This document shows positions 30,930-41,593 of a DNA stretch of 64,000 nucleotides, in pieces (the first letter of the stretch is position 1; every line of letters starts with the position of its first letter). Under the pieces are notes generated by a model. It did no database searches and was not told where the DNA came from. It worked only from the letters and a program-made list of their open reading frames with translations. Source of the stretch: an uncultured Candidatus Rokubacteria bacterium (lineage in GTDB: Bacteria > Methylomirabilota > Methylomirabilia > Rokubacteriales > CSP1-6); the NCBI GenBank assembly GCA_963754315.1, contig CAVWFS010000014.1, forward strand, positions 96,001 to 160,000, written 5' to 3'. The position numbers and the translations under genes were made by a program.

Positions 30930-31071
30930 TCACGCTCGGTTTGGGTGCTGGTACTACACCCCCGCCCCCTCACGCTCGGTTTGGGTGCTGGTACTACACC
31001 CCCGCCCCCCTTTACGCTCGCTTCCTGTTTACGCTCCCGCTTCCTGACGCTCCGCGCTTCCTGACGCTCGC
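30930..31071. repeat. Tandem 40-bp direct repeat (x2) followed by degenerate ~16-bp repeats
   Basis: TCACGCTCGGTTTGGGTGCTGGTACTACACCCCCGCCCCC at 30930 and 30970; then ACGCTC..GCTTCCTG x3. Confidence 0.9.
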
Positions 31072-31641
31072 TTAGGGAATGCGGACCAGGTCAGCTTGGG
31101 CCACTCCGCGGCGAAATCGCGCGGCGTACTCGTCGGGATCGATGACGATGCCCGCAATGTTCGTCCGGTACGCTTCAGAGTCGAAGTAGGCCAAATATTC
31201 CGCCTCGTTGTCGAAGTTCGGCCCGGACAGCTCGACCGTGTTGCCGTCCGGGTCGGTGTAGTAGAAGCTCGTCCCCGGGCCGTGATTCATGGACCGTCCA
31301 GGCCGAATCCCCACCGCCCGCAGGCGCTCGTAGCGTGTGATCAATTCGTCGAGGGATCCGTGCCGGAGCTGAATGTGGTCGAGGCCGTTGACCTGGGGGG
31401 GCCGATCGCTCACTTCCGGCCGGTGAAAGATCGCGAACACCTGCGTGTAGGGATAGTCCGAGTGCAAGCGGCGGAAGCAAACACGATCGTTATCGAGAAA
31501 GGGGTCGACCCCGAGCATGGCCTGGTACCAGGCCTTCATGTCGGCGTAGCGTGCCGTGCGGAGGACGATCTCGCTCAGCCGCACTGGCGGCAGGTCACGG
31601 GTGGCCTTGAGGGCCGCGTCAGAGAGCGCAGAGCTCGTCAT
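31072..31641 (-). CDS. VOC family protein (glyoxalase/extradiol dioxygenase fold)
   Basis: GLDH, NHG, SFYYTDPDGNTVEL. Confidence 0.85.
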   Translation of the reverse strand: MTSSALSDAALKATRDLPPVRLSEIVLRTARYADMKAWYQAMLGVDPFLDNDRVCFRRLHSDYPYTQVFAIFHRPEVSDRPPQVNGLDHIQLRHGSLDELITRYERLRAVGIRPGRSMNHGPGTSFYYTDPDGNTVELSGPNFDNEAEYLAYFDSEAYRTNIAGIVIDPDEYAARFRRGVAQADLVRIP

Positions 31642-31667
31642 GGCAAGTCTCCCCCCGAGATCAGCGT

Positions 31668-32445
31668 TCAGGATGCTCGTTTGATGTCAGCCACCGTGGC
31701 GGCGTAGGCCGACCTCAGCACGGCCGCATCCGAGGAAAAGTTGATGATGGTCGCACCCAGGGCGATCATCTGCCGCACTCCGTCCACGCTGTCGGTGAGC
31801 ATGGCCACCGCCTTGCCGTGCTTGCGAGCGGCTTCTTTCAGTCGGGCGCGGTGCTCGTCCAGGACGGGGCGCTGCGCCGGCGTGCCCAGCACGCCCAGAT
31901 CCTGGGCCAAGTCGGTGGGCCCGATGGTCAGGGCATCGATCCCCGTCACGGACGCGATCTCATCCAACCGGTCGAAGGCGCGCTTCGTCTCCAGCATGAT
32001 CGTCACGTGAACGCGCGCGTTGGCGGTGACCATATGATCGCTCGGCGACAAGTGTCTGGTACTCGGTATGCGGACCAAACCCGTACATGCCCCGCTCACC
32101 CAAAGGGGTGTACCGGCAGTACGACGCGACCGCCGCCGCCTGCTCCGGAGTGTCCACCTGGGGCACGTGCAGATTCCACACGCCAGCGTCCAGGAGCCGG
32201 GTGACCCATTCGCGGTTGCCATCAGGCGGGCGAACCACCAGCGGGAAGTTCAGAGCACGGCCCAGAGCCGCCATGTCGGCCACCGTCTCCATGGAGAACG
32301 GCGAGTGCTCCATGTCGATGCGCGCGAAGTCGAGACCGGCCGCGCGCAGGAGGGTCAGCACGGCCGGCGTCCGGATCATGGTCAGCCAGGTTCCGATCTG
32401 CACCTCGCCCCGCTCGGCGCGAGCTCGATAGGCGTTCTCGTACAT
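31668..32445 (-). CDS. HpcH/HpaI aldolase family protein, frameshifted near 32050
   Basis: IDMEHS, LLDAG, P.GERG in one frame; MLET, IGPTDL in the other. Confidence 0.85.
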
Positions 32446-32626
32446 GCCCTCCCCTCTCGTCGCCGGCCCCTGAGCAGCACGGGCCAGCGATGGCCCAGCA
32501 AGCTAGCATGCGGCAAGGCTCCGGGTCTACGTGATTGCCAGAGGGACCGAGTGACACTACGATCCGGGGAACGTTCCCGAGCCTCGGGGGCCCCACGGCT
32601 TTGGCGGGGGCGCAAGGAGGTAGCGC

Positions 32627-34192
32627 ATGCAGGCACACGCCCCGACCACGACCACGGCTGCGCAGCGACCGCTCACCGGCGTCGAGTTCCTCGAGAGTTT
32701 GCGCGGCCGCCGAGAGATCTGGCTGTATGGCGAACAGGTCAAGGACGTGACCGCCCACCCGGCCTTTCGCAACCCCGCCCGCATGCTGGCCCGGCTCTAC
32801 GACGCCCTTCACGATCCAGTCAGCCAGCCCGTGTTGACGTGCGCCACCGACACCGGCTCCGGCGGATTTACCCACAGGTACTTTCGGGCCCCGACCAGCG
32901 CCGACGATCTGGTGGCGGCGCGCGATGCGATCGCCGCCTGGGCACGTCTGACCTACGGATGGATGGGCCGCTCTCCCGACTACAAGGCGGCCTTCCTGGC
33001 CACCCTGGGCGCCAACGCCGAGTTCTACGCTCCGTACGCGGACAACGCCCGCCGCTGGTACCGCGAGGCGCAAGAGCGCGTACTGTTCATGAATCACGCC
33101 CTCGTCCAGCCGCCGGTCGATCGCCACCGCCCGCCCGACGAGGTGGCCGATGTCTACATCCACGTCGAGAAGGAGACCGACGCCGGACTGATCGTCAGCG
33201 GAGCCAAGGTGGTTGCCACCGGCTCCGCCCTCACCCACTATAACTTCATCGCCCATCCCAGCACGGTTCCCATCAAGACGAAGGAGTTCGCCCTCACCTT
33301 CATCGCCAGCATGGACACGCCCGGGGTGAAGCTGCTCTGTCGTCCGTCCTACGCCATGACGGCCGAGGTGATGGGGAGCCCCTTCGACTATCCGCTCAGT
33401 AGCCGCATGGACGAGAACGACGCCATCCTCGTCCTCGATGGGGCGCTCGTGCCGTGGGAGAACGTGTTCGTGTACGAAGACGTTGAGAAGTCCAACACCT
33501 TCTTCTCCCACTCCGGCTTCTTCCCGCGTGCCATGCTCCACGGATGCACTCGGCTGGCCGTCAAGCTCGATTTCATCGCCGGTCTGCTCCTCAAAGCGGT
33601 GGACGCTGTCGGTTCAAGCGAGACGCGCAACGTCCAGGCCTCGGTGGGCGAGGCCATCGCATGGCGCAACCTGTTCTGGGGGTTGAGCGACGCCATGGCG
33701 CGCACGCCCGTCCCCTGGGCCGGTACCAGCGTGCTGCCCAATCCGGAGTACGGCCAAGCCTATCGTGTATTTTCGACGGTGGCCTACCCGCGCGTGAAGG
33801 AGCTGACCGAGAGCATCCTGGCCAGCGGCCTGATCTACCTGAATTCGCACGCCGTCGACTTCCGGACGCCGGCTCTCCGCCCCTATCTCGATAAGTACCT
33901 GCGCGGCTCGGATGGCACCAGCGCCGTCGACCGCGTCAAGCTGATGAAGCTGCTGTGGGATGCCATCGGCACCGAGTTCGGCGGCCGCCACGAGCTCTAC
34001 GAGCGCAACTATGCGGGCGCGGCCGAGACCATCCGGCTCATCACCTGGCAGATGGCCCAGGCCAGTGGCGACGCCCAGCGCTTTCGCGGCTTCGCCGAGC
34101 AATGCATGGCCGAGTACGACCTCAACGGCTGGACGGTGCCCGATCTGATCACTCCCGACGACGTCAGTCGGTTCCCGGGGAGGCCTCTCTGA
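32627..34192 (+). CDS. 4-hydroxyphenylacetate 3-hydroxylase family oxygenase component (HpaB-like)
   Basis: [41 protein letters not shown]. Confidence 0.9.
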   Translation: MQAHAPTTTTAAQRPLTGVEFLESLRGRREIWLYGEQVKDVTAHPAFRNPARMLARLYDALHDPVSQPVLTCATDTGSGGFTHRYFRAPTSADDLVAARDAIAAWARLTYGWMGRSPDYKAAFLATLGANAEFYAPYADNARRWYREAQERVLFMNHALVQPPVDRHRPPDEVADVYIHVEKETDAGLIVSGAKVVATGSALTHYNFIAHPSTVPIKTKEFALTFIASMDTPGVKLLCRPSYAMTAEVMGSPFDYPLSSRMDENDAILVLDGALVPWENVFVYEDVEKSNTFFSHSGFFPRAMLHGCTRLAVKLDFIAGLLLKAVDAVGSSETRNVQASVGEAIAWRNLFWGLSDAMARTPVPWAGTSVLPNPEYGQAYRVFSTVAYPRVKELTESILASGLIYLNSHAVDFRTPALRPYLDKYLRGSDGTSAVDRVKLMKLLWDAIGTEFGGRHELYERNYAGAAETIRLITWQMAQASGDAQRFRGFAEQCMAEYDLNGWTVPDLITPDDVSRFPGRPL

Positions 34193-34265
34193 GAGAGACG
34201 GCGGGCAGCCGTGCGCTTATAATCCGGGCGGGTACGTACACCTCTCGGCGGTGAGGAGAGACATC

Positions 34266-35666
34266 ATGACAAGCCCCGACGTCGCGACCACGGTGGCGGA
34301 ACGCAAGGCCGTCGTTCAACAGGATCTTCAGAACGTGCTCCACCCCGTCGTTCCTCATCGTCAGCTGGAATCGGAGCCGCTGGTGATCGTGGAGGGTCGC
34401 GGCTCGACCGTGGTCGACGCGGACGGGACCGAGTATCTCGACGCCATGGCCGGACTCTGGTGCGTCAACGTGGGGTACGGCCGCACCGAGCTGGCCGAGG
34501 TGGCGGCCGCCCAGATGCGCGCCTTGCCATACTATCCGCACACGGCGATGAACGCGCCGGCGGCGGCCCTGGCCGAGCGCGTGAATGGGCTCCTCGGTGG
34601 TGACAACCACGTCTACTTCGTGGCCTCGGGCTCGGAGGCCAACGAGGCCGGCTTCAAGATCGCGCGGCAGTACATGAAGCACGAGCATCCCGGTCAGCTC
34701 CGCTACAAGACGATCACCCGCTACCTCGGCTACCATGGGACCACCTTGGCCACCCTGGCCGCGGGCGGCATGGGCGACCGCAAGATGAAGTTCGAGCCTC
34801 TCGGCGGCAACGACTTCGTCCACGTAGCTCCGCCCTACTGCTACCGCTGCCCTTTCGGGCTCACCTACCCGTCGTGCGAGCTGGCCTGCGTGAAGAACAT
34901 CGAGGCGACTATCCAGGGCGAAGGGCCCGACACGGTAGCGACTCTCCTCGTGGAGCCCGTGATGAGCGCCGTGGGGGTGGCCGTCCCGCCTGCCGAGTAT
35001 CTCCCCGAGGTGGCAGCGCTCGCCAAGAAGTACGGATGCCTCCTCCACATCGACGAGGTCATCAACGGCTTCGGACGGACGGGGGCCATGTTCGCTCATC
35101 AGCACTACGGAGTGCGGCCCGACATGGTCAGCATCGCCAAGGGTCTGGTGAGCGCTTACCTCCCGATTGCCGCCACTGTCGTGCGCAACGAGGTCTTCCA
35201 GTCCTTCGTGGGCGAGCCGTCCGAGAATCGTCAGGTCTTTCAGATCTCGACCTACGGCGGGCACCCCGTAGCTGCCGCCGTGGCCGGCCGCAACATCGAC
35301 ATCATCCTGAGAGAGCGCCTCGTCGAGCGTGCTGCCGAGAACGGCGCCTACCTGCTTGACCGTCTCCGCACGCTGGAGAAGCACCCGTGGGTGGGCGACG
35401 TTCGCGGCAAAGGCCTTCTGGCCGGGGTGGAACTGGTCAAGGATCGCCGCACCAAAGAGGTCGTCGGGGCCGATCGGATCACGCGCTTGGTGGACTTCGC
35501 CCGGCATCGGGGCGTGATCGTTGGTCGCTCGGGCGGCGGTCGCCACCTGGGCAGCGTCATCGTGCTCTCACCGCCACTCGTCATTACCCGCGCCGAGATC
35601 GACCGCGTGGTCGCCGTTCTCGACGATGCCATCGCGGACATGGGAAAGACGCTCCTGGCGAGCTGA
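34266..35666 (+). CDS. Class III aminotransferase
   Basis: GLWCVNVGYG, SGSEANE, DEVINGFGRTG, AKG, TYGGHP. Confidence 0.93.
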   Translation: MTSPDVATTVAERKAVVQQDLQNVLHPVVPHRQLESEPLVIVEGRGSTVVDADGTEYLDAMAGLWCVNVGYGRTELAEVAAAQMRALPYYPHTAMNAPAAALAERVNGLLGGDNHVYFVASGSEANEAGFKIARQYMKHEHPGQLRYKTITRYLGYHGTTLATLAAGGMGDRKMKFEPLGGNDFVHVAPPYCYRCPFGLTYPSCELACVKNIEATIQGEGPDTVATLLVEPVMSAVGVAVPPAEYLPEVAALAKKYGCLLHIDEVINGFGRTGAMFAHQHYGVRPDMVSIAKGLVSAYLPIAATVVRNEVFQSFVGEPSENRQVFQISTYGGHPVAAAVAGRNIDIILRERLVERAAENGAYLLDRLRTLEKHPWVGDVRGKGLLAGVELVKDRRTKEVVGADRITRLVDFARHRGVIVGRSGGGRHLGSVIVLSPPLVITRAEIDRVVAVLDDAIADMGKTLLAS

Positions 35667-35757
35667 CTCGACCATCGCTCGACTACTTCAGCCGGATGTC
35701 CTCGTAGGCCGGGAACGGGATCAGGTGCATCGAGTCTCCTCCCGGGCCCTGCGGTGA

Positions 35758-36867
35758 TCAGTCCTGGAAGATCGCCTCCGGCAGCAGCGCCGACACGACA
35801 TAGTTCGGCACGTCGACCACGTTGCTGATGCGCAGGTCGACGGCCACGCTGCAGATGATGTATGCCTGCTCGCGGCTCCAGCCTCGTTCTTGCAACAGTG
35901 CCATCATGTTCAGCAGCGCGTTCCGGCAGGCCAGGGTCAGGTTCTCGCCATCGTTGACGCCGTCCTCGCGAATCGGCATCCCCATGGCGGCCGTGAAGCG
36001 CTGGGGGGCCGCCCACTGGGGCGGCGCGAAGTAATCTCCGTGGGCGAAGCGCGGACCGCGCCAGCGCGCGGCCGCGTTCAGCCCTTTCAGGAGCCGAAAG
36101 CGCACCGTCACGGTGGCGCCCATCTCCACGGCGGTGACGCAGACCTCGCCATCGCCCTGGGCGAAATGCCCGTCTCCCACGGAGAAGAGCGCCCCGGCCA
36201 CGGCCACCGGCAGGAGCAGGGTCGAGCCCTTCGTCAGCTGTTTCACGTCGAAATTGCCGCCGTTCTCGCGAGGCGGAATGGTGCGCAACCCACGTTCGGC
36301 GGCCGGTCCCCGGGCGGGAATCGCGCCGTCAGGAGTGGGCGGGAACGCGAGTCCGCCCCGATCGATCAGATCTTGCTCGCGCTTGATCCAGGCCTCGAGC
36401 TGGCGCGACGAGGGCGCCACCCCGGAGACGCCCATGAACGGCGCGCCGGGAATGCGCACTCCCGGCAGCTGGGGCGAGGTGGCCCAATCGTCGCTGATTC
36501 GCCAGTGGACCAGGAAGGGCGTGGTGCAGAGATCGCGCAGGAATCCGAGACCGGGAACGATCGCACTAAACGCATGCCGCTCGGGCAGGATGTCGAGAAA
36601 CGTCACTTCCAGCACGTCGCCAGGCTGGGCCCCCTTGACGAAGATCGGGCCCGTCAGGGGGTGGATAGCACCCGGGTCCATGCCCGCAATGTCCGCGGCG
36701 GTGGTGGATGGCCCGAGCTGGCCGTCCACGCCATCACGCGTCTGCAGGACAACCTCCTCACCTTCGTCGACTTCCAGGAGCGGCGTGAGATCCGGGTGGA
36801 AGCGATTGTGACCGGTCGAGGATTGATCGCGCAGACGCTTGCTTCGGTCGATCTCGACGCTCTTCAC
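35758..36867 (-). CDS. Acetamidase/formamidase family protein
   Basis: HPLTGP, PPRENGGNFD, GDGHFAQGDGEV. Confidence 0.92.
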   Translation of the reverse strand: MKSVEIDRSKRLRDQSSTGHNRFHPDLTPLLEVDEGEEVVLQTRDGVDGQLGPSTTAADIAGMDPGAIHPLTGPIFVKGAQPGDVLEVTFLDILPERHAFSAIVPGLGFLRDLCTTPFLVHWRISDDWATSPQLPGVRIPGAPFMGVSGVAPSSRQLEAWIKREQDLIDRGGLAFPPTPDGAIPARGPAAERGLRTIPPRENGGNFDVKQLTKGSTLLLPVAVAGALFSVGDGHFAQGDGEVCVTAVEMGATVTVRFRLLKGLNAAARWRGPRFAHGDYFAPPQWAAPQRFTAAMGMPIREDGVNDGENLTLACRNALLNMMALLQERGWSREQAYIICSVAVDLRISNVVDVPNYVVSALLPEAIFQD

Positions 36868-36881
36868 GGCGTTGTTCCCCG

Positions 36882-38585
36882 CTAGCGCGGCGCGAGGGGA
36901 CCGCGCAGCAGCCGCCCGGGGAGGGCGCCGGTGGCCTTGCCGTCGCGCAGCACGACCTCGCCGTTCACCACGGTGGCCGCGATGCCCCGCGCGCGCTGGA
37001 CCAGGCGCCGGGCTCCGGCGGGGAGATCGCGCACCACTTCCGGCATCTCGGGCCCGATGGTGTCGGGATCAAAGACGAGGAGGTCGGCGGCCATGCCTTC
37101 CCGGATGAGGCCGCGATCGGCAAAGCCCCAGTGCGTTGCCGGCTCGAAGCTCAGCATGCGCACTCCCTCCTCCAGAGTGAGCGTCCCCTTGGCGCGCACC
37201 CAGTGACTGAGCAGGTGCGTCTGCAACGAGGCATCCATGATCTGGGAGACGTGAGCGCCCGAGTCCGAGAAGGTCACCACCGTGCGGGGGTGCTTCATCA
37301 GCTCGAGCGCATGGTCCTGATCCTCGTTGGCGATGGGTTGCAGGAAGAAGCGCGCCAGATCGCGCTCGAGGGCGAGGTCGATCATCGCCTCCACCGGGTC
37401 CACCTGGCGTTCGCGCGCGACGTCGGCCACCGAGCGGTGCGGTCCGTCGGGTGTGTCCATCACGAAGATCCACTCGTAAGCGGCCCGCCGGGGCTCGGCC
37501 CCGACGGGTGGGCGCTCGTCGCGCGCGCGCGCCGCCTCGATCAGACGCCGGCGTGTGTCCGGATCGCGCAGCAGCCGACCTTGCTCGGCGAGAGGCCGCG
37601 CCCGGAACTCCTTCCAGACCGGGAGCCGGTCGAAGGGCAAGGTGGTCTCGAACGAGAGCACGACGGTCAGCGCCCGGCTGTGCACCTGGGCGAACATGCG
37701 GCCACCGGCGCTCGCGGTCTCCTCCAGTAGCGCTAGATAGAGGCGCCAGAGCTCGTGATCGTCTCGGCGGCTGAACAGGCCCCATGTCACCGGCCGCCCG
37801 GTCTCCACGGCCAGATCACGCAGCCGGACGTGGTAGTCGCGCACCCCCTGCCGATCGTCTCCAAAGCGCTCACCGGCGATCTCGAAGATGCCGGCGTTCA
37901 TGTCCCCCATGACGCCGACCAACCGCCGGACTTCATCCCAGGTGGCGAGACGGCTGGCCACCGGGCGGCGATCCGGTGTCTCGTGACTTGGTGAGCGCGA
38001 GGTGGTGAAGCCGATGGCGCCGGCGCGAATGGCGTCGCGGAGCTCGCGTTCCATCGCGCGCAGGTCGTCCTCGCCAGCCGGCTTATCGAAGGCGCGTTCA
38101 CCCATGACGTACGTCCTGAGGGCGGAGTGCCCGATGTAGCCCGCGTAGTTGATGCCCTTGGGCAGAGATTCCACGCGATCCAGAAACTCCGGGAAGGTCG
38201 TCCAGGTCCAATCGATACCCGCGTCCATGGCTTCGGCCGCGATATCTTCCGCTCGCTCCAGGTTACGTACGACCAGGTGCCGGTCGGCCTTGCCGCACGG
38301 AGCGAGCGTGAATCCACAATTGCCCATCACCACCGTGGTCACCCCGTGCCAGCAAGAACAGGTACCCAGCGGATCCCAGAAGACCTGCGCATCCATGTGC
38401 GTGTGGCCATCCACGAAGCCGGGCGACACCACCTGGCCGTCAGCGTCGATCACTTCGCGCGCACGCTCACGGATGCGCCCGATGGCGGCGATGCGGCCGT
38501 GCCGGACGCCGAGGTCGGCTCGATAGCGGGGCAGGCCCGATCCGTCGATCACCGTGCCATTCTTGATCACCAGGTCGTACGGCAT
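36882..38585 (-). CDS. N-acyl-D-amino-acid deacylase family amidohydrolase
   Basis: PGFVDGHTHMD, GNCG, SDSGAH, ADLLVFDP. Confidence 0.9.
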   Translation of the reverse strand: MPYDLVIKNGTVIDGSGLPRYRADLGVRHGRIAAIGRIRERAREVIDADGQVVSPGFVDGHTHMDAQVFWDPLGTCSCWHGVTTVVMGNCGFTLAPCGKADRHLVVRNLERAEDIAAEAMDAGIDWTWTTFPEFLDRVESLPKGINYAGYIGHSALRTYVMGERAFDKPAGEDDLRAMERELRDAIRAGAIGFTTSRSPSHETPDRRPVASRLATWDEVRRLVGVMGDMNAGIFEIAGERFGDDRQGVRDYHVRLRDLAVETGRPVTWGLFSRRDDHELWRLYLALLEETASAGGRMFAQVHSRALTVVLSFETTLPFDRLPVWKEFRARPLAEQGRLLRDPDTRRRLIEAARARDERPPVGAEPRRAAYEWIFVMDTPDGPHRSVADVARERQVDPVEAMIDLALERDLARFFLQPIANEDQDHALELMKHPRTVVTFSDSGAHVSQIMDASLQTHLLSHWVRAKGTLTLEEGVRMLSFEPATHWGFADRGLIREGMAADLLVFDPDTIGPEMPEVVRDLPAGARRLVQRARGIAATVVNGEVVLRDGKATGALPGRLLRGPLAPR

Positions 38586-38779
38586 CGTCCGTTCCTCCCT
38601 CTCGGGCCCACAGGCCGCACTCGTCGAAAGTGCTCGTATCGTACTCCACCGAGCGACACGCTGACCAGGACCCTTGACCCGGTGCCAGGCCCGACCTACC
38701 TTCTCGCTTGGGTGACGTCGCCGGTGGCGAACAGGGCCACCGCGGCGCGGAGCGGAGACGCAGAGCTGGGAGGGCAAGA

Positions 38780-39985
38780 GTGAGCGAGAGAAGCGGGCAG
38801 ATCGCGGACGTGCTGGCGGGGATCCGTGTTCTCGACTTCGGGCGGTACATCGCGGGGCCGTACTGCGCGGCGCTCCTGGCCGATCTCGGCGCTGACGTCA
38901 TTCGCGTCGAACGGCGAGGCGGGGGCGAGGACCGCTGGGTGGCCCCGGTGGGGGCGGACGGCGTGGGCGCCATGTACCTGGTCATGAACCGCAACAAGCG
39001 CGCGATGACGCTCGATCCCGCATGTCCCGAGGGTCGTGAGATCGTGCGTAAGCTGGTGGGCACCGCCGACGTCGTGGTCGCCAATTTGCCCCCGGAGGTC
39101 CTGCGCTCACTCGCGCTCGATCTGGAGAGTCTGCGTCGGGTGAAACCAGACATCATCCTCACCACCGTGACCGCCTTCGGGGCCGGCGGGCCGTGGAGCA
39201 GCAAGCATGGCTTCGACGGCATCGGTCAGGTGATGTGCGGCTCGGCCTACCTCACCGGCACGCCCGAGCAGCCGATGCGCGCCGCGGTTGCCTGGGTGGA
39301 CTGCGGCACGGCATCGGTGGCCGCCCTCGGTACCCTGGCCGCCCTCATGGCGCGGCAGCAGTCCGGTCGGGGTCAAAAGGTGGAGGCCGCTCTTCTCAGA
39401 ACGGCGGTCGCGTTCAACAATCCGACCCTGGTCGAGCAGCAGGTCATCCAGGCCAATCGGGTCGCGACCCTCAATCGAGGCCAGACGTCCGCGCCTTCCG
39501 ATCTCTTTCGCACCAAGGACGGCTGGATCATCGCCTACGCGATCGGAGGCCCGATGTTCGCGCGATGGGCCAGGCTGATGGGCGACGATCACTGGCTGAC
39601 CGATCCACGCTTCAAGGACGACGAGGCCCGTGGCAACCACGGGGAGATCATCTCCAAGCGAATGTCCGAGTGGACGGCCGACCGCACCACCCTCGAAGCC
39701 CTCTCCGCACTCGAGGCGGCCAAGATTCCCGCCGGTCCTCTGTATTCGCCCCAGCAGGCGCTGCAGGACACGCACATCAGGCAAGCCGGCTTGCTTCACG
39801 ACACGGAGTATCCTGGTTTGTCCCGCCCGGCGCCGCTGGCCCCCACGCCGGTTGATCTGTCGGAGACTCCTGGCCGCTTCCGACATCGGGCGCCCACCCT
39901 CGGCGAGCACACCGAGGCGATCCTGGTCGAACTGGGTTACCGTCCGGCCGAGATCGCAGAGCTGCGCACGAAGGAGGTCATCTGA
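38780..39985 (+). CDS. CaiB/BaiF family III CoA transferase
   Basis: LADLGADVIRVE, NRNKR, GFD, APTLGEHT. Confidence 0.92.
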   Translation: MSERSGQIADVLAGIRVLDFGRYIAGPYCAALLADLGADVIRVERRGGGEDRWVAPVGADGVGAMYLVMNRNKRAMTLDPACPEGREIVRKLVGTADVVVANLPPEVLRSLALDLESLRRVKPDIILTTVTAFGAGGPWSSKHGFDGIGQVMCGSAYLTGTPEQPMRAAVAWVDCGTASVAALGTLAALMARQQSGRGQKVEAALLRTAVAFNNPTLVEQQVIQANRVATLNRGQTSAPSDLFRTKDGWIIAYAIGGPMFARWARLMGDDHWLTDPRFKDDEARGNHGEIISKRMSEWTADRTTLEALSALEAAKIPAGPLYSPQQALQDTHIRQAGLLHDTEYPGLSRPAPLAPTPVDLSETPGRFRHRAPTLGEHTEAILVELGYRPAEIAELRTKEVI

Positions 39986-40064
39986 CACTCGAGCGGGACG
40001 GCAGGCCCGTTCGCGCCGCGGAAGGCGTAACATGGGCCAGGCACACGTCGAGGAGAGAACGATC

Positions 40065-41156
40065 ATGACCGAGGCAGTTATCTCTGCGGACTCACACGTC
40101 ACCGAGCCCCCTGGCACGTACGTCGATCGCATCGATCGGGCCTGGCGCGATCGCGCCCCCCGCCTCGTCCACGATGCGACGCGTGGCGACCTGTTCGTGA
40201 TCGACGGGCTGCCCAAGCCCATCCCCATGGGCCTGATCGCCGCCGCGGGTCAGCGGTCCGATGGTCTGAAGATGTTTGGGGCACGCTTCGAGGAGCTCCA
40301 CCGGGGTGGCTGGGATCCCGAGGCGCGGATGGCGGATCAGGCGCGCGATGGCATCGCCGCCGAGGTCATCTATCCCACCGTCGGCATGATGCTCTGTAAC
40401 CATCCGGACTTCGACTACAAGCACGCTTGTTTCCAGGCCTACAACCGCTGGCTGGCCGAGTTCTGCGGAGCCCACCCCGACCGGCTGATCGGCATCGGAC
40501 AGACGGCCCTCCGCTCGGTCGAGGACGGCATCGCAGATCTCACGACGATCAAAGGGCTGGGCCTGCGCGGGGTGATGCTCCCCGGAAATCCCAAGGGGCC
40601 CGACTACGACGACCCGTACTGGGCGCCATTCTTTGAAGCGGCCATTGCACTCGAATTGCCGCCGTCGTTCCACGTCCTCACCAGCCAGGGCGACCTGGTG
40701 CGGCCCCGCGGCCCGAAGCTCAACAGCTTCATGGCCTTCATCCGAGGCAATCAAGATCTCATCGGCGTCTTCATCTTCGGTGGAGTCTTCGAGCGCCATC
40801 CCAAGCTCCGCCTCGTGTGCGTCGAGGCTGACGCCGGCTGGGTCCCTCACTTCATGTATCGGATGGACCACGCCTACGAGCGCCATCGCGCCTGGCTCAC
40901 CTCGGCCGCCCTCGCCAAGCCGCCCAGCGAGTACTTTCGGGAGCACGTCTACACGACCTTTCAGGACGACTGGGTGGCGTTTCGGGTCAAGGATCTGCTC
41001 AACGTGCGGCGTCTCCTGTGGGCCAACGATTTTCCGCACAGCGATTCGACGTGGCCGGACTCACAGGAGCTGCTCGCTCGCCACACCGGGCACCTCACCG
41101 CGGCCGAACGGCGGCTCGTCCTCCACGACAACGTGGCCGAGCTTTACGGCCTTTAG
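40065..41156 (+). CDS. Amidohydrolase 2 family protein
   Basis: SADSH, SFH, GVFERHPKL, WANDFPHSD. Confidence 0.9.
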   Translation: MTEAVISADSHVTEPPGTYVDRIDRAWRDRAPRLVHDATRGDLFVIDGLPKPIPMGLIAAAGQRSDGLKMFGARFEELHRGGWDPEARMADQARDGIAAEVIYPTVGMMLCNHPDFDYKHACFQAYNRWLAEFCGAHPDRLIGIGQTALRSVEDGIADLTTIKGLGLRGVMLPGNPKGPDYDDPYWAPFFEAAIALELPPSFHVLTSQGDLVRPRGPKLNSFMAFIRGNQDLIGVFIFGGVFERHPKLRLVCVEADAGWVPHFMYRMDHAYERHRAWLTSAALAKPPSEYFREHVYTTFQDDWVAFRVKDLLNVRRLLWANDFPHSDSTWPDSQELLARHTGHLTAAERRLVLHDNVAELYGL

Positions 41157-41208
41157 CCGCGCAGTCTGGTGAGTCACGCGTCACAACGCTGGAGGCCCGG
41201 AGGACGGC

Positions 41209-41571
41209 ATGACGTATGACCTGCTGATTCGAGGTGGCACCGTGGTGGACGGCTCGGGACTCCCACGCTACCGGGCGGATGTGGGGGTGGCGCGCGGGAG
41301 GATCGTACGGATCGGACGAATTCGAGATGGGGCCCGCGAGGTCATCGAAGCCCGAGACTGCGTGGTCGCCCCGGGCTTCATCGACGGTCACACGCACATG
41401 GACGCCCAGGTCGCCTGGGACCCGCTCGGAACCTGCTCATGCTGGCACGGCGTTACGACTGTGGTGATGGGGAACTGCGGCTTCACCCTGGCCCCCTGCC
41501 GGCGGGACGAGAAGCATCTGGTCGTACGCAACCTGGAGCGGGCCGAGGATATCCCCGCCGAGGCGATGCAA
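41209..41571 (+). pseudogene. Truncated N-acyl-D-amino-acid deacylase paralog (N-terminal ~120 codons)
   Basis: Strong similarity to the 38585 gene up to EDIPAEAM, then abrupt loss of similarity. Confidence 0.85.
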
Positions 41572-41593
41572 ATCAGTATAAGGAGCGAAGGGA

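Noticed and set aside
30930..31071. Possible CRISPR array
   Set aside because: Repeats are directly adjacent with no unique spacers, and no cas genes are present
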